Shown: positions 27,817 to 40,896 of the stretch, in pieces
Layout of the letters: every line of letters starts with the position of its first letter
Position numbering within the stretch: the first letter of the stretch is position 1
Assembly (NCBI GenBank): GCA_964016885.1
Contig: OZ024743.1
Location: forward strand, 102,920,001-102,984,000
Source: Eledone cirrhosa
Taxonomy: Eukaryota
DNA length: 64,000 nt
Direction: 5' to 3'
Program-made: the position numbers and the translations under genes
The notes under the pieces: model-generated
Databases searched by the model: none
What the model was told of the DNA's origin: nothing
The model's input: only the letters and a program-made list of their open reading frames with translations

Positions 27817-30800
27817 ATGGCGACCGTTGTGGTCAGTGTCCGATAATTGGACGTGTGTAATTACGGCTTACATGAAGGCAACATACCATATATTGGAAAA
27901 AGTTGAGCTACATTACGCGGTAAGATTACATACAATAATTCTACATAAGTGTTTGAACTGTAAGTGTGTTGTAAAACACCTATTTATATGAACGATACAT
28001 ACACTTATGATATATGAACGATACATACACTTTAACATATAAATGCAACGTTGTTATATTACATTTATAAAGAAATATAAAAGTAACGTTTTCGATTCAG
28101 AAACAAAAATATAAGTGTTTGAACTGTGAATGTTGTGAATATGTTGTAGAACACCTATTTATATGAATGATACATAAACTTTAACATATAAATACAGCAT
28201 TGTTATATTATATTACATTCGTAAAGGAATATACTAAGTAACGGTTCTTTTTGTTCTCGATTCAAACGATTCAAGAACAACGTTTAAAACACAGTTGTAG
28301 AATTAAAAACTAACTGAAAAGAAATATTACCCAAGCTGTGAATAACTTTAAATTTGATTCTGACAGAACTTTGTCGTAACTTTTAAAGAAGATCATCGAC
28401 TATTTAAAAAAAATAAATACAAAATATTAGTGAATAGACGAACTCATCATGGCAAAAAGTACAAGTCTCCTTCGACCAAATCGCAATTACAACCGTTGTA
28501 TACAGTGGAGCTACGAGCTTAACAAAGAATTATATGAAGCATACAAACAATCTGAACCCCAAAAGTTCGGTTTTATGCAAAGGCTAAAAACTTTATGGAA
28601 CTCCAAACACCCAGAATTAGACTTTTCTCCAAAGCATCTAAATGAACAGGCAAAACGTATCATTAGATGTAAATTGATACATCTAACGGAATCGAGTGAT
28701 ACTACAAATACAGCCCTTGTAGACAACCACCCCACCTCCACTGACAGACAAAGAGAATGGCCGGCTAAATCTAACAGTGAACAGCTCACCAACAATTTTG
28801 CTGAAATCCATCCCACTTCCACTGAAGAACAGCGAGAAAGGTCAGCTGACTCTAGTAGTAATTGTCACCACATCAACAACGAGGCTGCAATTCATGACTC
28901 TACTGAACAAACAGAGCACCAAAAACTTGTGGGCACCCTACAAGTGATATGGAACGATATGTTTCAAGAGATACACAGCCTTAATGTGAGTGACAGACCA
29001 TACAACACTAGAGTCAGTAAAGAACCCACTAAATTGGAATTGGAAGCGGTGAACGAAATAGCTGGCAATTATCTGAAGGCTATACGATCTAAAGGTGTAG
29101 AAACGACATTTGAAACGCTCAATGTTTTGTTATATGTTTCAGCTGTCACATTGCTATCATATAACACACATCTAAAACCACGCAATCAAGATACAAACAG
29201 AAAGCCCGAACCAGCGTGGATGCGAAATTTAAAAACCAAAATTTTGTCCCTGAGACGAAGTATCTCACACATCGCAGTCGTTATGAAATGCAACATAGAG
29301 AGAAACTTCACACGACACCAGGAAGACCTAAAGAAAAAGTTAGAGAGACGATTTGGAGATACCAAATTTAAAACTTTGAACTCCAAATTACACCAGTTGA
29401 AACAACAACTCACAGCTACAACAGAAAGACTAAAATATAAGTCAACAGCCCATAAACGACAAGTGCTAAATAGATTGTTTGCCAGAGATCCTAAATCAGT
29501 TTATCGCAGCTTCGGTGGCAAAAGCTCAATCCCTGTAAACGACACCCCTTCAAAAGAACAGGTTGAGAACTACTGGAGATCTGTATGGGAAACGGATGAC
29601 GGATTCAACAGACAAGCTAATTGGCTAAAACAACTGGAACAGGACTACTGCCAACATGTCCAGACAAAACAATATGACATAGATGGGTCAATACTGGAAA
29701 CAGCTCTACAGAAAATGTCGAATAGGAAATCGCCAGGCCCAGACCTCATTACAGGATACTGGTTGAAGAATTTCACTTTCTATCGGCAAGATCTCATACG
29801 GCTGTTTACAGAAACCATTAAGGGCACACAAGAACTGCCCAGATGGTTATCAACTGCCACTACTCTCCTCATTCCCAAAAATAGCCAAACCACCCTTGCT
29901 AAAATTTACCGCCCAATTGCCTGCCAAAACATCATGTATAAATTATATACTGGGTGCCTTAACCTGTTCTTACAGGATCACTGTGCTACCAACAACATCA
30001 TAACACCTGAGCAAGCTGGTGGAAAGAGGGAGGTGTGGGGTTGCATAGATCACCTACTAACTAACAAAATGATTCAGGAAAAAACAACAAAGAATCGCAG
30101 AAACATGACTGTCGTGTGGCTGGACTATCAAAAAGCATTTGATAGTGTACCTCATGGGTGGATTATTAAGGCTTTACAGTTAGCTAAAGTCCCACAACCA
30201 TTAGTAGCTGCTGTTGAACGCCTGACCAAGAACTGGTACACCAATTTGATCCTTAGAGGTGAGAAGGAGCAGGTTAAGACTGATAGGATACATTACCAGA
30301 AGGGCATCTTTCAGGGTGATAGCTTGTCAGTACTACTCTTCGTTCTCTCACTGAATCCACTATCTTACCTACTCAGGAAACAAGGTGGACAAAGAAGTGG
30401 GCCCAGAAGTATCTCCCATCTTTTCTTTGTTGATGACCTGAAGTTGTATGGGCCAAATATCAATGACATCAAGAAACAATTGGACCTCATTACACAATTT
30501 TCAACCGACATCAAAATGAAATTTGGTGAGTCCAAGTGTGCATATTTGGCAGTAAAACGTGGAAGAGCTGTGCCCTCCTCTAGAAATCTAGATATGAACG
30601 GCCTGACAATACAACCTCTGCAGTCAGGTGACAACTACAGATATCTTGGACAGGATGAGAATGTCAGATATGATGGACCCATAAATAAGGAGAGAACCAG
30701 AACTGAATACCTCAGAAGAGTAAAAAAAATATGGTCATCAGAACTGTCAGCATACAACAAATACATTGCCCACAATACCTATGCTGTGCCAATTATAACC

Positions 30801-32040
30801 CCAACATTTGGCCTACTGAACTGGTCATTGCAAGAACTAAGTGAGATGGATGTTAGAACTCGTAAACTTCTCAGTGTTACTGGGAACTTTAACATCAATG
30901 GTGATGTGGATAGGCTATACTTCTCACGCAAGGAAGGTGGCCGGGGTCTAAAATCAATATTAACAACATATGAGACCCGGATAGTAACACTGAAGCAACA
31001 CCTTCAACAGAGGAAAAAGGTTGGCGACCATCTTGCTCAGGTTTATGAGCATGAAAAAAGAAATATCATTAGAATAGCGACTGATCTGGAGGAGAGATAT
31101 GGAATAAAGCCTGATATAAATCTCTCACCCAGAGAAATCGGAAGATCCTATTCAATGTTCAAACAAGAAAAAAAAAATTGACCAATTTACAGAGAAAGTT
31201 GTGCATGGATACTTGAGGCGTAAAACACAGACCATAGAGGGGATAAACCACTCAAAAAGCCTGGCATGGAGTTCCGACAAGTTTATGACATCACACCTTG
31301 AGGGATATCTCTATGCAATACAGGAACAAGAACTCCCTACCAAATATCTGCTGCACAAAAGAGGAGGGCCAGCAGCTGACAATAAATGTAGGCTATGTAA
31401 AACAAAGATCGAGGATGTAAGCCACATTGTTGCCAGCTGCGAAAGAATGTCATCTCGCTACTACCTCCCCATGAGACACGATGGGATAGCTAGAACTATC
31501 TGGAACGCACTTCGGAAAACAAAATTAACAACAAACGAGGAAGAATATATTGAGACAGATGGCACTAAGGAATACTGGTGGAACCTGAAAATAAAAACTG
31601 CCACCAAATTAAAGCACAACCGGCCTGATATTGTAGTTTGGGACCACACATTGAAAACGTGTTCTGTTGTGGAGATCAGCTGCCCACTTGATGTAAACGT
31701 TGTCAGAAAAATACAGGAGAAGGAGGACATCTACGGACCATTGATGAGGAGCTTACAAATCCAGTATCCAAGATACACCTTTAGCTTCATACCCATCATT
31801 ATTGGTGCTACGGGTTATATACCAACCCGCTTGGACCAAAGTATGACCGAACTTGGATTTGCGGACAAAAAGCGCAGCTCCCTAATTCATAGTCTACAAA
31901 TGGCTGCGATAGCTGGCACCTTCAAAATATGCAAAACATTCTTGCGATTCAAGGGATGACAATTTCTTTTCTTTTACAACCTTGCCACCAGGAAGGTGGC
32001 CGGTCAAAAAAATATACTCGAAATTAAGAGAAAGAGAAAA
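27817..32040 (+). mobile_element. R4/Dong-clade RLE non-LTR retrotransposon, apparently full length
   Basis: Single long ORF with RT and CCHC/PD-(D/E)xK endonuclease; about 630 bp 5' UTR, 80 bp 3' UTR with hairpin gccacc-aggaa-ggtggc; flanked by CATA repeats. Confidence 0.92.
28449..31959 (+). CDS. R4/Dong RT plus restriction-like endonuclease (1169 aa if one A is removed from the A10 run at 31168-31177)
   Basis: KSPGPD, YRPIAC, WLDYQKAFDSVPH, GIFQGDSLS, FFVDDL, YRYLG, RLYFSRKEGGRGL; CRLC..H..C, RHD, RPDIV, EISCP. ORFs 28449..31181 and 31201..31959 join as EKKIDQFTEKVVHGY. Confidence 0.9.
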
Positions 32041-32823
32041 CATACATTCATACATACATACATACATAGGTACGTACATATATACGTACGTACGTATGTC
32101 CGTACATACATACATACATAAATACATACATACATATATACATACATACACACATATGTATGTACATACAAACATACATAAGTACGTACGTACATACATA
32201 CATACTTACATACATACATTCATACATACATACATACATACATACATAGGTACATACATATATACGTACGTACGTATGTCGGTACATACATATATACATA
32301 AATACATACATACATATATACATACATACATACACGCATATGTATGTACATACAAACATACATAAGTACGTACGTACATACATACATACTTACATACATA
32401 CATTCATACATACATACATACATACATACATACATACATACATACATACATAGGTACGTACATATATACGTACGTACGTATGTCCGTACATACATACATA
32501 CATACATAAATACATACATACATATATACATACATACATACACACATATGTATGTACATACAAACATACATAAGTACGTACGTACATACATACATACTTA
32601 CATACATACATACATTCATACATACATACATACATAGGTACGTACATATATATGTACGTAAGTATGTCCGTACATACATACATACATAAATACATACATA
32701 CATATATACATACATACATACACACATGTGTATGTACATACAAACATACATAAGTACATACATACATACATACATACATACATACATACATACATACATA
32801 CATACATACATACATACATACAT

Positions 32824-33200
32824 AATTGTTGGGGCACTAACTGCCTCAATACAAATCTTGAGAAGCTAGGCTTCACAGGAACAGAAAGAACACAACTAGT
32901 TAGGAATTTACAAGTACAATCCATTAATGGAACAGTAAAAATATGTAAAACATTCCAAAGATTTTGCATCTAATAACTGCATATACACATGTACAGATAC
33001 AAAGCATATACACATGCACACATACAACTCAAAACATACACATACACACATACAATAACATCCATATCTACACATGCATGCATACATACATATCTACCTA
33101 GTTGATGTTGTGTAAATTCCAATGAGAGAGTCTTGTGTCTATGTTAGAAACCGACTCTCTCTATTGGTAAAACTTTGTGAAATTATAAAACCAGAAGAAC
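32824..33200 (+). mobile_element. 5'-truncated R4/Dong family B copy ending in (CATA)n
   Basis: LEKLGFTGTERTQLVRNLQVQSINGTVKICKTFQRF aligns by eye with the C-terminus of the 31201..31959 ORF; different 3' UTR. Confidence 0.8.
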
Positions 33201-33944
33201 ATACATACATACATACATACATACATACATACATACATACATACATACATACATACATACATACATACATACATACATACATACATACATACATACATAC
33301 ATACGGACGGACGGACGGACGTACTACATACGTATATGTGTGTGTGTCTGTGTGTGTGTAATAGATAAAAAATCACTTTTTATCGATCCAAATATTATGA
33401 TATCTGTACAGAGCACAAAAATATCGATTAAAACATTTGAAGAATCAAATGGGGACAATAGGAAGAAATATGTAACGAACAATGAACAACCGTATTTTTT
33501 TAACGATGCAAGAAAATGCTTAAATTATTTCCGGCGCATTAATAAAAAAAATACTAATTACATTCAGTATTTTCTTTTCATTATATCTTATATTCGTGTT
33601 ATCATTATATTTAAACAGAATCAAACAGTGTGTCCATTGTTACAGCTTCCAGTGCCCCATCCTATTATTTCATTCTCTCCCAGACCCTTTACTCGCTGCT
33701 TGTCTTTTATATTTTATTACACTAACTTTTAATTTCTAGTAGTTAGCCTCCAAATCATTACTCTGCTTTTCTTTATTTAGTAAAACTTATTTTAATTATG
33801 ATAAAAGAAAATGTTTTGTCAATGTTTATTCAAAATTCATTGGAGTCTTTCAGATAAGATAAAGTAATAATTATAATGATCAATGGCGTTCTCTGAAAAA
33901 GTTAAAGAAAGTAGTGTTTAAGAAATAGCATGGACGAATAATAA

Positions 33945-34760
33945 TGGATTCTACGTTTGGCACAAGGCCAGCAATTTAAAAGGAAAGGAAAAGTCAATTA
34001 AATCTACCCCAATGTGTTACTTGAACTTATTTTATTGAATTCTGAAAGAAAAGAGCTAGAATAAATACAGCTAAGCATTTGTCCGACGTTCTAACGAATC
34101 TTCCAATCCCTCGTCCTCACAAATAATAATGGTTTTTTTATAAGAACAAGGCCAGCAATTTTGGGGAGGGGAAAGTCGATTAAATCGATCCCAGTGCGTG
34201 ACTGGTACTTTATTGTACACCATAAGGATGAAAGGCAAAGTTAACCTCGGCGGGATTTGAACTCAGATCATAAAGGGCCGTAACTCTATGCTGCAAAGCA
34301 TGGCGTCCGACGCTCTACTGTCAATCCACCATCCCCGCAAATAATAATGGTTTCTTATATAGGCACAAGGCCAGCAATTTTGGGGAGGGGAAAGTCGATT
34401 AAATCGATCCCAGTGTGTGACTGGTACTTTATTGTATCGACCCCATAAGGATGAAAGGCAAAGTTAACCTCGGCGGGCTCTGAACTCAGATCATAAAGGG
34501 CCATAACTCTATGCTGCAAAGCATGGCATCCGACGCTCTACTGTCAATCCACCGTCCCCACAAATAATAATAACAATGATTTTAATCAAGGCACAAGGCT
34601 TTCAATATACGATTAAGTGGATTTCAAGTATGTCGATGCCATCCTTTTACTAAGACGATACATTATTCTATCGATCACAAGAGGTTGAAAGACAACATTG
34701 ACCTGGACAAGGTTTGAACTCAGATTCACCTTGTCCGACGATCTATCTATTCTGCAAGTT
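33945..34760 (-). mobile_element. Head-to-tail cluster of SINE family A copies (two young, two decayed)
   Basis: Near-identical units about 34125-34340 and 34341-34560; decayed copies on each side. Confidence 0.85.
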
Positions 34761-35804
34761 TGCTTTTATTTAGCTATTGTGAGCAATTAATACAATTCCG
34801 TACATGCATATTTATGAAACATTAAAAATTGGCTTACAAACAGGAGTGGGATAGGCCAAATGAGATACATAAAAACATGTAGAAAAGTGAAAGAAATTAT
34901 ACAATAAATAAGCTTTACAAAATATATATGGAGGCGAGTTTTAAAAAAAATTACATCGAATAATTAAAGGAGCGTAAAAACCACTATAACACAAAACAAA
35001 ATTTAGTTTTAAATTAAAGCAAGCCAACTGCACATAAATAGGCAACAACCATCTGGGTTGATCAGAGACTATGCACACGCTTGATTACATAGCCTCTACA
35101 TTGCCACTATGTAAGCTTTATTGCTGGAAATGCCAAAGGTTTGCCGAAGCTCTTAGGTCAGAGTGATTGAGTAAAAGCACACACCCTGCAAATAGCTGAT
35201 ATAAAGTTAATATTCGGAAATTTGTTTACCAATACTCTATCATTTTTTACGGAAATTCCTCGTGGATATTTTATACTTATTTTATTGGATCTTATGTTAG
35301 CCTTGCTACAGTTTTGAAATTCCTTCTATTCGGAGAGGAGATGGGTTTCCACTCATAACAGGTAGCCTCGCATCCCCGTTTTACAGCAGATGGATAATTT
35401 CTCATTATAAATAGGTCCCCTATCATGGGAGATGTATTTCTTCTCATCCGATGGGCTTCTCATTGGATATGGGTTCCCAATCACGAGATATAAATTCCCT
35501 CTCATCTCAGATGAGATATTGAAGTCCTTTTCGTGGTGATTCATTTCTTATTTTGTTTTCCCTTACACTCTGGTCTTCTGGTCCCCAACCCTTCAGCCTC
35601 TGTGAGGCTCATACCCTCAAAAGTCGATGATGTATTGATATAAAGAGAGAGACGTCAGTGACTTCCGTTTCCTGATGTTGTTGATGTTGTAGGCAATATT
35701 CACTTTTCATATCTTACTCATCGTCACTACCAGTTGTTTTTTCCTGTTCACACCTGGAGATGAGAACGTTGTTCGTCCAACGACATATCACCATAAGGTG
35801 TGTC

Positions 35805-36105
35805 GATATTGATCACCAGCTAATTTTTCCAAAAGATATTGACCACCAACCCACATTGTGCCCCTCCCCCTACATTGATTAGACAAACCATATTGCCCTC
35901 GGGTATTGGCCATCACCACGTATTGCTCCGCGATATTAACCACCAACCCACTTTCCCTCCCGAAATTGACCACCAACCCATATTGCCCACTAAAAGTGGC
36001 TACAAATCCATATTGGCCACTAATCCTTATTGATACCGATATTGACCTCTAACTTATTTTGCCCTGCTAATCCATATTGCCATGCGATATTGATTACCAA
36101 CCCAC
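35805..36105. repeat. Degenerate ~30-bp minisatellite (atattgaccaccaacccatattgccc..)
   Basis: Recurring atattg/ccaccaaccc motifs. Confidence 0.65.
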
Positions 36106-36240
36106 GATCAAACTCGTCACTGGGGCCTTCTTGTTTCTCCGTTGCAGATATTGTGGAAGAAATTTATGAGCAGTAATGTACTTTCACCTTGTAATCAGAT
36201 TTGAAAATGATACATATCGTCCCATATCCTCTATTAATCT

Positions 36241-36704
36241 TGAAGCGGCCACTTACGGCTGTGACTCAGCACGTATATGAGTCACGTCCCTTTGCGACAG
36301 GCGCGACTCCCAGCGGCAGATTCATGTACCAAACTGAGTTGCGTCCCCCTTGGGACTATATAGTCGAGGACAATCAAGCCATAAGACACACTATACTCCT
36401 GAACTTCGAAGGGACAAGAACACCTGAGACCTTGTCAAGAGATGACTCCTGTTTCACTTCCTTCGCACCCAAGAAGAAAAACACCGGCAGCCTAAAGAGA
36501 CACTTGAACCTTACCAAGAGAAGATTTTCTGTTCTCCTCCACACACTCCAGTCTGGGAGTTGTGACCACCTGAACATCAACATGTGGTAACAATTCTTTA
36601 TAACAATTTATTTGACTCTGTGAAGTAAAACCAGGTCACAACTCTCACCTGCATTTATTGTCATTCTTGATAATATTTATATACACTGATACTAATTTCC
36701 TAAA
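36241..36704 (+). repeat. 5' LTR (464 bp, TG...AA)
   Basis: Direct repeat of 40897-41361; roughly 15 substitutions and 1 indel by eye. Confidence 0.95.
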
Positions 36705-37282
36705 TTGGTGACCCGACGTTTAAAAAAATTTTTTTTAAATGAATGGGAAACGGTAACATGGGTATATAAAAAAAAAAAAATAAATAAAAAAACATTTAAT
36801 ACCGAACAACACACTTGATTCTGATATGGCTGTATTGACCGAGCTAAACATATTTCTCTGTAACACTTAACATCAAACTCTTCATATGTGCAAAACGAAC
36901 ACCCAAAGTTATTTACGCACAAACAAACAAACAGCAATTGTACGAATGAGTTTTCTTTTTTTTCTCCTTTTCTCCTTTTCTCTGGCTAAACATTTTGAGG
37001 ATAACAAGATGGCGGCTGTCTTCTCCATCAATAGTGTTTTTGGCGCGAAATAGTCTGTCATGTTGGTTTTAGTTTTAAATTCCCTGCCTATACCTTATTA
37101 ATGACATCACTCGGTTAGTCGCTCCTTTGCATATTGTCTGGGATGCATTCTTTTTCCTGTCCATTAGTTTGACAGAGAAAAATAAGCGACTTTGTTTTCC
37201 TTTTCTGTTGTGTTGGAGACATTTTTCCAAACGGAGACGATTTTTTTTTTGGGGGGGGGGGCAAATTACCTACGGTATAACA

Positions 37283-37525
37283 ATGGCATCTCATTCAGCT
37301 ATTATGGCGATGCAGGAGTCCATTCAGGAACTCACCCGAGAGCTCCAGAAGATGAAGGTCTGGTGTGGTGCTTGTTAGCGCCCCCGAAGCCGCGGGAGAT
37401 CTCAATCTTTTAGACGCCGTTCCAAATCACCAGCTTCATCTTTATGCTGGTACCATGAGCGATTCGCCGAGAGAGCGAACCGCTGCGTGCAACCTTGCTC
37501 GTTTCATAAGGCGGGAAACGCCTAA
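37283..37525 (+). pseudogene. gag: gag C-terminal remnant (coiled coil, RS-rich linker, CHCC knuckle), one internal stop
   Basis: IQELTRELQKMK...*RPRSRGRSQSFRRRSKSPASSLCWYHERFAERANRCVQPCSF. Confidence 0.8.
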
Positions 37526-37554
37526 GAGGTCCGCTGATGGGGGCAGTTGACCTC
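37513..37554 (+). promoter_or_regulatory. -1 programmed ribosomal frameshift signal (G GGA AAC plus downstream stem)
   Basis: Heptamer is in gag phase just before the gag TAA; pol is open in the -1 frame; stem GAGGTC/GACCTC begins after a 6-nt spacer. Confidence 0.75.
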
Positions 37555-40500
37555 AACATAAAGCCACCAAACCGCCATTTCTTCATTAAGGACCTTATGC
37601 CGGGAAGAGGTTTCCTCGTGGATACAGGAGCCTCCTGTAGTATTTGGCCGGTCCATTGCCTGAAAGATACCCTCGAAGAATCATCCGTTACTCTGAAGGC
37701 AGTTAATCACTCGTCTATAAAGACGTATGGGCAAATCTCGCTTCCTCTCAAATTCATAAATCTTCGTAGGGATTTTAAGTGGATTTTTACGGTTGCCGAT
37801 TTTCCATACCCTATCTTAGGAGCGGACTTCCTCAACAACTTCTCTTTGACTGTGGACGTCCCTGACCAACGCCTGGTGGATGACATCACCGGTTTTACAA
37901 TTCGTGGGCAGAAAGCTAATTTTCCAACGGTTAGCCCGACTTTTTTCATCGCTAATGCTGGGAATTCCTATCATGCATTGTTGAATTCTTTCCCACAGCT
38001 TACTCAGGGACATTTTCGAGTTGTCGAACCGACTCACACAACGGAGCATTTTATCTCTACAACTGGCGCCCCAGTGTTCTCACGTCCACGCCGCTTACCG
38101 GCGGACAAAATAAAGGCAGCACGGTCCGAGTTCGACTATACGCTGCAGCTGGGCATTATTCGCCCATCTATGAGTCCTTGGGCTTCACTGTTACACATAG
38201 TGCCCAAGACTTCCGATGACTGGAGACCCACTGGGGATTATAGGAGGTTAAATGCTATGACCGTCCCGGATAGGTATCCCATTCCCCATCTCCACGATTT
38301 AACATCTTCATTTCAGGGGTATAAGATGTTCTCAAAACTCGATTTAGTGCGAGCCTACCACCAAATTCCGGTCAGGAAGGAGGATATTCCGAAAACGGCG
38401 ATTACAACTCCTTTCGGATCCTTCGAATTTTTTACCATGCCTTTTGGACTCAGGAACGCCGCTAGCACTTTTCAGCGGTTCATAGACGAAGTCACTCGTG
38501 GTCTGGACTTTGTTTATGCTTACATAGACGATATTCTTGTCGCTAGTTCCTCTCCGGAAGAGCATATGCGCCACATGCATCTCTTATTTCGGCGACTTCA
38601 GGATTACCGCGTTCGTGTGAATCCTGCAAAGTGTGTTTACGGTTCCACTTCGCTAAATTTTTTAGGCCACCTCATCGACGCCGAAGGTATTAGGCCGCTC
38701 CCTCAGCGGTTCAAGCGATAAAGGATTTACCTCCGCCTACTACACTTCACCAGTTGCGTCACTCCTTAGGCCTTATCAATTTCTATAGGCGTTTCGTTCC
38801 TCATTGTGCTAATTTGCTATCTTCCCTTACTGACATTTTGAAAAATCGTCGTAAGAACAATGAGGATATTTCCTTGACACAAGGACAGCTTCAAGACTTC
38901 CAGACTGCCAAGATAGCACTCGTTAGTTCATCTTTACCCACCCGGTACCAGAGGCCAAGCTTTCGCTTTGTGTTGATGCATCTGATACCGCTGTGGGAGC
39001 AGTTTTACAGCAGTTCAACGCTGGAAACCAACAACCTTTTGCATTTTTCTCGAGGAAGCTGAAACCAGCAGAAACGCGTTACAGCACGTTTGGGCGGGAA
39101 TTATTATCCATATATCTGTCGGTGAAACATTTCTCTCATATTCTTGAGGGGAGAAATTTTAATGTTTTAACCGACCACAAACCTCTCACCTTCGCTTTAA
39201 GGGCTAAAGCCGACAGATATTCGCCCAGAGAGACAAGGCACCTGGACTACATTTGCAATTTACAAATGATATCCAGCACATTGCTGGCTCGCATAACATA
39301 GCTGCATTGTCACGTTTGCCAATCAGCTCCATCTCGTCATCCCAGGAGATCGACTTAGGTCGTTTAACTGCAAACCAACCTGCACTCCAATCGTTGGATA
39401 CTCTTTCTGCCGAATTTGCGACTTGCATCTTCAAATATCTGCCCTTGTCGACCACCGACAAGCAGATTCTATGTGATGTATCTACGGATTCACCACGACC
39501 ATTTGTTCCTGAGACTCACCGTCGAATCGTGTTTCTTGCTTTGCACAGCATTTCTCACCCAGGAATTTCTGCCACAGTAAAGCTTATAACGGCTAGATTT
39601 TTCTGGCCCAATATGAGGCGAGAAATTACTGTCTGGTGCCGTTCCTGCACACAGTGTCAAACATCTAAAGTCCACAGACACATCCGGATTCCACTTGGTA
39701 CTGTCAGTACTCCAGATGCTCGGTTTCAACACATCCACATTGACATCGTTGGACCTTGGCCATTCAGAAGTGGATATTCGTACCTCTTGACCTGTATCGA
39801 TCGTTTTTCGCGATGGCCTGAAGCCATCCCCTTACAGAATATAACTGCCGAGACTGTAGCGCGTGCCCTGGTATCAGGGTGGATTACCTGCTTTGGGGTA
39901 CCAACTACAGTCACCACAGACCGTGGTAGAAAATTTGAGTCACATCTTTTCTCTGAACTCACAAAGATCATTGGCTCTCAACGGATTCGGACCACAGCCT
40001 ATCATGCTGCTTCAAACGGAATGGTGGAACGATTCCACCGCCAATTAAAGGCCGCTGCGCCTATCCAGACTCTCAACGTTGGAGCGAGTACCTTCCTATT
40101 GTGTTGTTAGAAATTCGGTCATCAATAAAGGAGGACCTTGGGTTCTCCCCGGCCGAATTACTGTATGGTGCTCCTCTAGCGTTGCCTGGGCAAATGCTTG
40201 CCCCTGTTGATCTTGCTTTCCAGGACCCTGTTTCCTACGTATCTCGTTTGCGCTCCTATTTTCAGGACTTACCGCCCATGAATACTAGGAAACAAACTAT
40301 TAAAGCTGCAGTCCCGAGGGATATTGCCTCGTGGACACATGTGTTTGTAAGAAACGATGCCGTGAGACCACCTCTCACACAACCGTACTCTGGACCCTAC
40401 CGTGTATTAGCTCGTTCTGATAAACATTTCACTGTAGACATTAAGGGATCCATAGAGACCATTGCGGTTGATAGACTTAAACGGGCCCACACAGATGCTC
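37513..40500 (+). pseudogene. pol: pol (protease, RT, RNase H, integrase) with about 4 frameshifts
   Basis: [47 protein letters not shown] and GPY module across ORFs 37537..38721, 38754.., 38993.., 39253.. and 40101... Confidence 0.93.
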
Positions 40501-40896
40501 ACACACCTGAGCCACATACACACCCATCTTTCTCTTTTGCACACACACCTGTTTCTTTGCCCCTCTCTCCCCATCACCAAGATACAAGACCACGACCCGT
40601 TCCGATCGAAGAGTCCACTGGCCCAAGGAACTCTTCCAAACTTTTATCATATGAACTGGCCACTGGAGCCTTTTTGGAAACAAACTCTGCCAAACTGTTT
40701 TCATGTGAACTGGCCACTGGAACCTTTTTTGTTTTTCTATTTATTGTATTACTATGTACCTTTTCTTTACCATTTCTTGCCTGATTTCATACATGTACCC
40801 CTTGCGTTGATATTTCATGCTTGTGCTGGCAGCCCATGCTTGTGGGTTCGCTACAGTTACCTTCGGGCTTTTCGCCTAGCGTCTGGAGGAGGGTAC

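Larger units (their letters stand above)
26757..32823. repeat. (CATA)n-derived ~175-210 bp higher-order satellite, about 6 units split by two insertions
   Basis: Marker string cataggtacgtacatatatacgtacgtacgtatgtc..caaacatacataagtacgtacg in blocks 26817-27000, 27614-27816 and four times in 32041-32760. Confidence 0.85.

Noticed and set aside
27817-27890. HDV-like ribozyme at the R4 5' end
   Set aside because: Two small hairpins are visible, but no nested double pseudoknot could be assigned by eye.
26757-32823. CRISPR-like interpretation of the repeat arrays
   Set aside because: No constant repeat with unique spacers, no cas genes, and a eukaryotic context.
36201-36590. ORFs within the LTRs (also 40989..41246)
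   Set aside because: No domain is recognisable, the 5' copy starts outside the LTR, and the duplication is explained by the LTR pair.
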